A stretch of 57,252 bases of DNA, from positions 1 through 57,252 of IMG/VR virus record IMGVR_UViG_3300025128_000041, one strand, 5' to 3'. Positions 27,248-38,000 of the stretch are shown here, in pieces (position 1 is the stretch's first letter; every line of letters starts with the position of its first letter). The position numbers and the translations under genes were made by a program. The DNA comes from a virus (Duplodnaviria; Caudoviricetes). The notes beneath the pieces are model-generated. The model was not told the origin of the DNA, did no database searches, and worked only from the letters and a program-made list of their open reading frames with translations.

Positions 27248-27454
27248 TTAAACTAAAACGTTAATATTAGTCGGGGATTTTCCCGATTGAAGTTGTATCT
27301 TATTATTTTTAGCCACATAAAGTGTAGTGTTTAATTGCTCCACTTTCTGCTTACGTTCTTCAACCTGAAGATCATCCATTAACCTTTGATACTTCTGCTC
27401 TGCTACCTGCCGCCAAGCTATTTGGTTGGCAGGGTTTGTTGATCCTACATCCAT
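27248..27454 (-). CDS. Hypothetical protein
   Basis: AGGAG SD; tiles the late operon. Confidence 0.6.
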   Translation of the reverse strand: MDVGSTNPANQIAWRQVAEQKYQRLMDDLQVEERKQKVEQLNTTLYVAKNNKIQLQSGKSPTNINVLV

Positions 27455-27462
27455 AACTTCTC

Positions 27463-27927
27463 CTAGGGTTTAAACATCAAGATAGCTAGACCAACTACAA
27501 TTCCAGCGGCAACCAAGCCTGTAATTATAATCACTGTTATTAATATAATACGTTGGACTAACTCTGCCCGTTGTTTTTTCTGCTGGGCCAGCATCTCCAT
27601 GTGTCGCTTGCGTTTTGCTGCTTGGTCAGCCTTGGCTTTCACATAGGTTGTGTGAAGAGCCGGATCGACCACTATGAGCATATTCTCAAGATCCTTTTCG
27701 TACCGCTCTTGCTGCCTACGCATCATAGAAATTTTGAGCAGATCACTATGGCTGACATTAACAAACTTTTCTCTTTCATTTTTCTCAAGATCATCCAAGC
27801 CCTGACCAAAATCAAGGATAGCAGACATAACTCTTTGCGCCCCGCCTTGAGCTTCACTGGCACTTTCTATTAATTTGCCAATTTGGTTTAGGATTGCCGC
27901 AGCCGCAGCTACGCTTTCGATAATCAT
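27463..27927 (-). CDS. Membrane-anchored protein
   Basis: C-terminal TM helix; GGAG SD. Confidence 0.65.
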   Translation of the reverse strand: MIIESVAAAAAILNQIGKLIESASEAQGGAQRVMSAILDFGQGLDDLEKNEREKFVNVSHSDLLKISMMRRQQERYEKDLENMLIVVDPALHTTYVKAKADQAAKRKRHMEMLAQQKKQRAELVQRIILITVIIITGLVAAGIVVGLAILMFKP

Positions 27928-27940
27928 GACTCACTCCCGA

Positions 27941-28261
27941 TTATGGTTTGCGAGACATATAAGCGGTAGCTCCGAAATACAACCCTATGATCGAGGCTTG
28001 AGAAAGAAAAAGCATATCCGAAAGAGATGAGAGGGTACTAAGTCGCTCCTCTGGTACGAAAGGAAGCAATGGTAAAAGAGAATAAAGTACCATAGAAGCC
28101 ATAGCTACCCACGCTATACGCCTTTGTGAATCTTGTTTCTCTTCCCTAAGATCTAGCTCGATCATCTGAGTAGCACGCTCTAATTCTTCATCGCTTACTG
28201 TGCCATCGTTATCGATGTCATACTTAGCCCAGACAGAATCATGCTGAAGTTTCTTTGTCAT
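27941..28261 (-). CDS. Holin-like protein with EF-hand loop
   Basis: DIDNDGTVSDEE loop followed by two TM helices; lysis region. Confidence 0.55.
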   Translation of the reverse strand: MTKKLQHDSVWAKYDIDNDGTVSDEELERATQMIELDLREEKQDSQRRIAWVAMASMVLYSLLPLLPFVPEERLSTLSSLSDMLFLSQASIIGLYFGATAYMSRKP

Positions 28262-28366
28262 ACCCTCTCCTTATCTTGGAGCTTGTAATACGCAAGATAA
28301 TCTTCCCACCGAACAAATCTTTTTTCTTCAGCAATATAGAATAAACTTTCATACACTTTCACAACA

Positions 28367-28594
28367 TCAGTCCCAAAACTTTTGATTAACGCCAGCCATT
28401 ACTGGCTTGCAATATGCCGTTATGTTGTGCTGTTTAATTCCTCCTCTACACCTAGAGTCTCTACAGTTATGCTCTATCCAGTAGGCAAACTGTTGACAAC
28501 GATGTATATCCCTAAACAGCATACTATCGGCTCCTTCTACCACATTACCTTCGATAACCGTTATTAGCATAAAAGCTAAAACTGCACCTTTCAT
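28367..28594 (-). CDS. Small secreted/Cys-containing protein
   Basis: Hydrophobic N-terminus, FRDIHRC..ITAYCKP. Confidence 0.55.
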   Translation of the reverse strand: MKGAVLAFMLITVIEGNVVEGADSMLFRDIHRCQQFAYWIEHNCRDSRCRGGIKQHNITAYCKPVMAGVNQKFWD

Positions 28595-29064
28595 TCAAAT
28601 TGTGTATAAGATTTACCGTCAAAGACTAAGGATTCGTTTCTGTTTTCTCCTGCTGATACATACGAAACATGAATCCACCCACTGTTGGGATCTATCCCGT
28701 CATAAAACTCTAAGATAAGCTGGTCATAATCCAAGTTATCTTTAATCCAGAACGCAACCTCTTCGTTGTCTACGCTTGGTAACTCAAAATCAATCGCCTG
28801 TCCTTTGCAGTGCTGGCTGTTAGGGTTGCCCCCAACCTCTGCATTCAGATCAGGGCAGCGATACCCACTGTTAGGTATAAAAGGTACGCCATAGTGAACC
28901 CTGACCGGCTCAACCACATACTCTAACACGCGCTTTAGGTTTTCAAGATGCTCGCCTGTAGCCATATTGTCTATGCCTTTACGAGTAGCTGTCTCGCTAC
29001 GGCAACATTCAGCTAATGTAAAATGATCACTTAATTTAGTCACTGAAACGCTCTTTATCGTCAA
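28591..29064 (-). CDS. Endolysin, peptidase M15A family
   Basis: LSDHFTLAE, SGYRC..LN..VGG..SQHCKGQAIDF, WIHVSY; start may be GTG 29043. Confidence 0.85.
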   Translation of the reverse strand: MTIKSVSVTKLSDHFTLAECCRSETATRKGIDNMATGEHLENLKRVLEYVVEPVRVHYGVPFIPNSGYRCPDLNAEVGGNPNSQHCKGQAIDFELPSVDNEEVAFWIKDNLDYDQLILEFYDGIDPNSGWIHVSYVSAGENRNESLVFDGKSYTQFE

Positions 29065-32000
29065 TTCGTCTTATAACTCCACGAGTAATTGCGCCAGCAT
29101 TTGTTAATGCCCTCTGCATCTCATCGTATTCAGACAACGTTTGTTGGTAATTTTGCATTCGCCTTCTGCGCTCTGCGGGAGTAATGCTTTGATCTCTAGC
29201 TATCCTTTTAATGTTACTTGTAACTTTACTTCTCTCTCTGTCAATGTAATACAAAGACACCCTGATTTGTTCCGGGTCAATATTGATAACGTTTAAACCA
29301 ATCATTCGCAACAGTGCCTGATTAACCGAGTCAGGCTCAAGACCTGTGGGCTTTCTAGTTCCCGATGTTGCATCAAACAATTTTTTAACTGCGCCATAGT
29401 CTGTGTTTAAAAACCCCGGCAGTATGTATTGGTTTGCCGCCCAATAAAAAGCATCAGTTAATTTGCCTCTATTATAAAACGGCCTTTCTTCTGCGTTTGC
29501 AATCCACCAAGGATCATGCGCATTAACTATTGGTTGCTCGGTAAATGGATCTTTGTTGTAAAGAACCCCGCTTACTAAAGACCAAGCCGGACCACCAAAC
29601 ATACCAAATGTTGAAGTCACATCTGACAGCTCAAATCCACCTTGAGTGTAGTCTCGTTTTCCAGCAACAGCTTTTCCTGCATCTATCATTTTAGAGCCTA
29701 TGCCAGTAAACGCACCCCACGGATATAAAAAGCTAGTATCTAAAAACTTTAATCGGCCCTTATCATCTCTATAAGGAAGAGGCATTAGTCCGGGGTTGCC
29801 CCTCAAGTAATCAGGAACAGACGCTTTAATCGCTTCGTACTCATCATCGTCTATGTCAAATGCAGACATCATTAAATGTGGCATTGCATAAGAAAGAGCA
29901 ACATATGGCGCGAATTTAAGCGGGTTATTAATAGCAGTCTTCATTAAGACCGGAAGAACCTTGTACTGGAAAGTAATAAAAGGAATACCAAAAGGGCTAG
30001 TCCTTGTCTTCCTAACCCAGCCGGGAACGTCAGAGTAATCAAATAAATACTCTTGCGCTCTAAGAAACGCATCGTCTGCGCTTAACCCTTCACGCTCCAT
30101 GACATCAATGGCAATCGCTGTCTTGCCCATAACCTCTATGTTCTGATACATATTAGATGCTTTGGTAGCCAGCTTTCCCCAAGCCTTTAGCTTTAACCAC
30201 CCGTACAAACCTAAATCTTTTGCATCTACACCCCCAAGAAAATCCATAATGTCATCTGACATCTTTACTAGTTCTTGGTCGGCAAATGATGACTGCGTTA
30301 CACCGCGCTCAACCAATGCCATGTAATGCCTAGCATTATCATAGTCACGGTTGTTGTATGCGCGTATCTCCCCAATAGCTTCAACCATCCTTGGCAACAC
30401 CTTATAAAAAGGTATGCCAGATAGGTGCATGAGAATCATATTACTGAATGTGTTCCGCGCAATCGTTGGGGGGTTAAGAGGAACCTTTATTGTTTTCCAA
30501 ACAGCAACAGATTTCTTAAACAAGCTATCCATCTGAACAACTGTGGTATCACCTACATTTGCAATCGCACTAGAAGCAACTACGTCTTCATATATTTCAT
30601 CTCTAACTAATCGACCAGCAAGCATCCCAAACTTGCGACCAGCCGGAACACGTTTAAACCCTCTGAAGTATTTTGTTCCAGCGGTTTTAAGCTGTTCATC
30701 TTCTAGCTTAGTTACATCTATTCCGTCATTTGCATCTGCATACTCTTTATATTTTGCTGTTGCAGCAGCCTCCATACGATCCGCTTCTGCGTTTAAACGC
30801 TCTGACTTTTCAGGAGATAAACCTTTTTCTGCTTCTGCTATTTTGCGTAACGTGTCAGCCTCGTTACTTAACCAGAACGCGCTTACTTGTTTTGTTTTTC
30901 CATTAACATCTTCATATGAAACAAGAAACATATCATCAGGGCTTGTCCAATTTTCGTTTTCACTTACAGCATTAAGAAAGTTAATTAACTCTAAATCTCT
31001 TATAGATCTTTGCATTGCTCTTGAAGCCAAAAATGCTGGATCTTGTTCTGCTATTTCCCCAAGAAGTTCTCTTGATGCTTCTGGTAGGTTCTTGCTTCTT
31101 TCTTTAAGGTACTCAAGAGCTTTGCCTGACGGATCTTCAATGATGTGCTTAAGGTAAAGCCTTGGAAGATATGACCTTTGATTCTCCATATAAGTCTGAG
31201 GAGACATTAATCCTTTAGCAACTAACTCTGCGCCAACGTTTTCTATAACGTCTTTTGCTTTAGCGGATGCTTTAGCAGCTCTTGGATCTAAAGCGTTCAG
31301 CGCATCAAATGCAGTCTGCTCTCCTATCGAATCACCAGTAGTCATATAGGTATAAATAGCATTGCGAATTAACGCATTGCTTTCTCTGGCTTGAGCGCCA
31401 ACACCTTTAGCTAAATACTTATTCCCTATTTCATCTCTTAAATACTTAGCAGCATTTTCTGCCTGTGCAATAAGCCCTCTAAACTCCCCGCGCTTAAGAT
31501 AATATTCTCGTTTTTGTGGAAGATCTTTAAGGGTATTAAAGAACGGTATTGAATCAATAAATTCCGTTATTGATTGCCTTCCCGTCTTACTCATCTCATT
31601 TCGTGATGCAACCCCTGCGTTTGTAGCAGTATTGCGATCATCTTGCTTTGCCATCTGGTAAATGGCGTAAGGCTCTGATCTCCAAGACGCGCCCTCATCA
31701 CGCATCTCATCAGTAACTTCAAACAAAGGAAGTGAGTTAGTAATCGCAGACTTGCGAATTAAATACTGATCTCTTTTATCTTCAGCTAAATCTAGTATTT
31801 GCTGATCTAAGCCAAACACTTCATCTGGATCTACATCAGGATTTGCTCTAGTTGCTATATCCTCAACAAGCATTTCTTTTGAGGCCAATTCTTTTCTAGT
31901 TTCTCTTTCTGCCGGTATAAGCCTTTCGCCTTCCCATTCCAATTCTTTAATGTTGGTTATAATTGCTTGTTGATCTGCATCAGCATCGCCTATGTATAAG

Positions 32001-35000
32001 ATAGATCCTTGGTTATCATTACGCACCTTGCTTTCTTTTTTCTTTATTGTAGAACCAAGAGCTTTAGCCAAGGCTTTGGGCATCATGCGGTCATATATGT
32101 TGGTAAAGCCAGAACCCACAGGATAATCCACCGCGCCATCTGCCCTACGTTTTGCGTCTGATATTGCTTTAGCTATGTCAGCATCATCTAATATACGCGA
32201 TCTATTAACTGCATCTTCTGAGTCTTCTTGCCCAGAATTTATTCCTTCCCTTAAACTCATCAACTCATCGGTTTTACTGTTAATAAAATCCATGACGTTA
32301 TCAATCGCAATCTCTCTACCGGGGAAGCTAGCCATTTCGTCTTCAACAAGTTTAAACAGCCCGGTTCCCAAGAAATCATCCAGCATCCCACCTGCCGAAT
32401 TGTCAGCGAGATCTAATGGTTTGTACTTACCAAATAAATAGGTGCCTCTATGTATGGATTCTTGTGCGCCGGTAGCCATATCAAACACTGGAACCGTATA
32501 AGAAACTCGATACGCATTAACTAATTCTGGATAAAGCTCTGCTAAAGATTCCTGCATTGAAAGCCGTGGAATTATTCTGGGATCTATGTTTTCTAGTGTT
32601 CTATTTTCAGCGTCATATCCCTCAACTATCTTAATTGAATCTATATCAATAGATGTTTTGTTGGGTAGGTCTTCAAATGTTTTTGCTAATATAAGCAGCG
32701 TGTCTTTTTTAGCCTGTTCTTTGTCTGGATACTGTTTCAGTAGTTGGTCAATGTATTCAGGCTCTAATGGGCCAAGCTCTTCTGCTTCATAAACAAATCC
32801 TTGCTCATCTATTTCTGGAGCATCCTTCATAAGCAGATCTATATTAGCTTCTACTTTTTGCTGAATGTAAGAAGTAGGAATATCGGCGTAATACAAACCC
32901 TTATCGCCGTCTTTAATTAAATTGGAAGCTTCTAGTTTGCTGATTCCATAAATAGACTCTAAGTCTCCAGTGTCAAATGAAAATCTCATTACAGGATTAC
33001 CAGAAGCATCAAACGCTGATGATACTTTATGCGGCATAGAAGAATTCCCATCGTCAAGAATCACTGTCTCTGCTACTGCTATACCATCAATGTGGTTTTT
33101 AAAGTTACCTCTATATCTTTCTAATTGAAGCTCGCTGTTAGACACTGCTATATGGCTATACCCACCATTAATTGCCATCCTAGTAATACCGTTCATGGCA
33201 AACGCCATTCTTTGATCTTCATTTTTTAATGGCATATTAGGAAGAATAGGCCCATAAACTTGATCTTTGTATGAAGGCGCATTCTGCTTAACTAAGTTCT
33301 TTTCATCCCTAGATAGCTTGTCGAAATCAGGCTCACTAATCCTTCCTTCTTTAAACAAATCAAAAGCTGCCATCCTTTTCATAATGGATTGTGCTTCTTG
33401 GTGTAGATCTGATTGTATTTCTTCCACGATCAGTATCTTTTTCTGATCACCATTTTCGTCAGTTACATACACATCGGACAAACGTATGTGCATTATCGGA
33501 TTAACAGTATCTCTGAAATGCGCGTGAACATACTGACCAGTTGCAGTTAACCCTCCAGCGCCTTGCTTCCACTTTGTATGTTGTTCTTGATCTACCTTAG
33601 TAGATGACGCAAGAGGCGCGGATATAATCACTTCTCTGTAGTTTAATGAGTTATCTTCTAAATAGTTATGTAACGCTGACCTTCTATTTTCAGGGTTTTC
33701 AAGAGCATCGCTTAATGCAAGATTCCTAGCCCCGGTAGATGTGTATGGCAAATATGTCCCACCATAATCCGGCCCCATTTCCATGCCGCTTCCCGGCTCT
33801 ATAGACATTTCCGTGTCACCAACATCCGGCATACGCATATGACGATCTGTCATACCAAAGCCTAACTTCATTCGTCTTAAGGCAACCGTTGCTGCTTGAG
33901 GCGAAGCCAAGTCTTTTGCTTTAGCTAGCTGCTTTTGCATATGCTTGGTTCTTCTTGGCCTAGCCAAGTTCAGGTTATAGTCATCTTTAGCTTTTTCTAA
34001 TATGTTTAAATAGTGCATCGGCATATCTAATGAAGGTATAGACGCTTCGTGTTTACCAATGCCATCGTTATAATTGGATGGGTTTTTAAATGCACTCATT
34101 AATGAGTTAGCGCTTGGATACGAAAGCCACATTTCTGCAATGTTTCCAGAAGTAAGCTCATTGGCTGGGCTAGCTAAATCTTTTCTAAGCTGTCTTTTTA
34201 TTGGAGCATAGTATTGATTTGCGAGTTCTTTATATTCTGGAACAGTAATTTTGCCATCAAACAATTCTTCAAAAAGCTGAAAATCTACAGCTTGTGATTC
34301 ATCAAGAAGCTTTGCCAGCTCTGGCGAAAACATTGACTTGACATCTTTATTTTTACTTCCTTTTGTTTGCGCGTCATATACATAACGAATAGTGTTACCT
34401 ACAAACGCAGAACTAATTGCAGGGTTCATAAGTAACCTGCCCATATTCTTTTTGATTTCTGCTTCACGGTCATCTAGAAACGCAAGGGCAACTTTGTTTT
34501 CATTCGTTGGATCGCTCATTGAATCTAACGGAGTGCCGTAAATATTAACTTCTATTAACACTTCGTTTTCTTCAATCTCTTCAATAAGCTGACTAGCAGA
34601 CACTTTTACATTCTCGCCTCCTTTAAGCTTTTGATCCTCAAGAAACTGAACGATTCCAGAGTCTTCTATCTCTGCTAGCTTAACGTCTTTAGTAAGAAAC
34701 CCTTCCAACGACCCATCTTCATTCCTTCTAATCCAGTCATTAGCTGGCTTAGACCCCCCGGCTTTATTAATTTTATCCTTAAGAACTGAGTACATCATCG
34801 GTCTAACAAAGTCAGACTGAGCAATTCTAGCTGTTGCATCACCCTGCTTAACCATAGCTAAAGGCGTTGTTCCACTCATGCCCTTCTTATCAGACATTCT
34901 TCTTGGCGCTCTAGCTCCTGCCCTTCCCTGTCTTATTGACTCGAATACTTCTTCAAGCTCCATAATAACTTCGCCATCAAACGCAGACTTAAGCTGTTTA

Positions 35001-38000
35001 AACAGGTTAATAATTTTATTAAATATTCTGCGTAGCGGCGGAGTAAATTCTCCGGGTATCTTCCCAGTAACATCTAAGCCACGGTTGTACAGCGCAGAAG
35101 CATACGCAACCAGCTCATCAATCTGTTTATCTGGCGGGATAATCTCAATAGCATTGGCGTACTTTCTATCACCCAAATGTTTGCGAACAATGCTTTGAAG
35201 CCTTGGTATATTAGCCCTTAAGGAATCCATCTCTTTATCATTAAGATAACGATTACGCATTAAGAAGTGAGTTGCCTCGTGATACGCCCTGTTTTCTGGG
35301 TCTAAAAATCCATCTTGAGCTGATACAGCAACTACGTTTCCTATCTGAAGGCCCAAGGCTTCTTCTTTTGGGATTACTTGTCCGTTATGCTCAACCATTG
35401 TCAAAGCGTCTGGCATCGACAATGGCCTACTAAATATTTGATCCGCAATCACTAGGTTTGCTTCGGGGGCTATAGACTTAACTATTCTGCTTACCCTAGT
35501 TTGCTGATTCATATCCATTCTAATTGGCTTGGTAGAGCGTAATATTACTGGCTGTCCACCAACCTCTGTTCCTTCTACCCCAACCACAGGCACAGCTTCT
35601 TCTACAGCCGCACCCTGTATTCGCATAAAGTCTGGATCGGCATCAAAGATTAAGTTTTGGATTTCATCTGACCCAGATATTTCTTCTATAGCGGTAAATA
35701 CATCTATACTTGGGTTGTCTGCTTTTAACGTTCTGTACTGATCTGCTGCAACTTTATATATATTTGCAATCGCGCTCTTGCCAATACCTTGAGGCAACAG
35801 CTCCTCTATACTTTCTCTAACAGCTCCAAGCTCATCTGTAGTAGGTTCGTTTTCGTTGCGAGATTCTTTGTTATAAAACTTAACGGGTATTTCTATACCG
35901 CTAAACTCTTGGCCTATGTTGTCTAAAGCTGTATTAACATCTAGCTTAGAAGCACTACGCTCGTCTACAACTTTGCCGTCTTGATCTAATATTTGTATAT
36001 CATATTTCTTTGAACGCTTATTATATTTAGGCTTCATAAGCGTTAAGGTCTGAGGAGCCTCGTCTTCTACTACCTCTTCAACAAGATCCTCTGTTACTTC
36101 TTCAACGACTGGCTGTGTTTCTTGAGGTACAACCGTAGGTACAGTAAATACTTCCTCGTTACGCTTCCTAGCAGCCTCACCACGCTTCTTAACTTCTTCG
36201 GCTACCTTACTACCACGGCTACGAAGTTCAGCCTCTGACACGCCCGGAAAAGCCGCCTTGAGTTCTTCGATAATACTTGCATCTTTCTTTGACTTATTGA
36301 CACCGTCTCTAACAATGTAAAGCGCCTTATCAGAAAGCGACTCAAACTCTGGAGTTTCATCTCTATATCTAGGCTTTGAGTTCTCTACATCTTGCGAATA
36401 AAATTCTGTTGGAGCAGCTTCTTCTTCTACTACTTCTTCAACAACGCTTTCACCAATAGGAACAACGTTAGGTTTGCGTCCACTAACGTAATAATCATTA
36501 GGAACTATAAACCCAAACTCTTTGGCATAATCATTAATTGCAGAGTCTGCATCAGTGGCATACAACGTTGCACCAGCCATTGTCTTGTAGCCAAACTCAT
36601 TGTTTTTATCTGGTCTGCTTTTGTCTACAACAACAACTCTATACCTAGCTTCAATGTTTTGTTCGGGAATCGCGTCTTGTATTTTTTCAGGCTTTAAAAG
36701 CTGATAAACAGGTTGTCGCTTTGTTTCCTCTTCAGTTTTGCTATCTAGCTCATCAGCTCTCTGAGATACTTTTTCTTGCTCTTCCTTGTCAAGCTTCCTG
36801 TTTAGTTTAATACTTCTAGCTTGCTCGATAACCGCTATATTTTCTTCTGGCGTAAGACCTTCAATTAGGTCATCTGCCTTTACCTTCTTTTTACCTTTAG
36901 CTTTGCGAAGCTCATCAACACGCTCGACACCAATTGCCTTAGATATAGCTGTAAGTTTTTCTCCCGCAGTTAGGTTGAATCGTTTAAACAGTTCTTGTAG
37001 GTTTGTGCTTTCTTGGATGTCTTTTAATGCTTGATCTTTTCTTGCTTGCCCTACTTCATCAACAGCATCTTTGGTTGGAGCTTTTGGATCAAAGTAAGTT
37101 TCAGTAAGTTTATCTCCACCTATCTCTGCTAAATTATCATTGATGTCATCCGCATATTGTCCAGAATCAATCTTGCTTTGTTTGTCAGCACTTCTTAATT
37201 CATCCTCTGCTCTAGGATCTACATCCGCAACCTCAAATCCTCTGCGATCAAGCTCCATACCAATAGCTGTTAAGTCATACAACTCCCTTGCGTTTAAACG
37301 GCTTAGATCTGTTTGCTCGTTAGCTTCTGTTTGGCTTATTTCACCATTAGCAACTCTTTCTTTTAGGTCATCAGTTAATACTATGTCATGTCCTAACTGT
37401 CTAAGCTGCTCTGGCTCCAAAGTTCCAAGCTCTACACCGCCAATCTTGTATTTGCCGGGAGACGATAGCGACTGATTGCTAGCAAAAGAATATCCATCTT
37501 GATTTGGATGGCTATCTAATGGCAGAGATAAGACAACACCATCTTCATCAATAACTTCTGCAACACCCTCTTCTTCGTTTACCCTAGAAATCGTGACATC
37601 TATCTGCTCACCATTAGCATCGTAAGCAGGAACAATATCTCCGCTAAGAATTTTCTCTTCAAGTAATGTTGTGTCCACAACTTCAATTGGATCAGCTTCA
37701 GAGTATTCTTTCTGAACATCCTTATCACTTCTTGAGGGCTTGCTTGGAGTACGTTTGCCTATAACTAGATCAAGTATTGCTGCTGCGCCAGCACCATACC
37801 CAAAATCAGAAAGCATACTATCGCCAATAGGACGCTCTGGATCATAGTTATATTTAGCGGCAAGTTCTTGCAACACCCCTGACAACGCTTCTTGTGCGCC
37901 CTCACCTGTAGCATTTGCGCCTAATCCAGTTACTCTTCTTAATATTTCATTCTTTATTGGATTGGCAAGCTCTTTACCAAAACCTCTTAATATCATTTCT

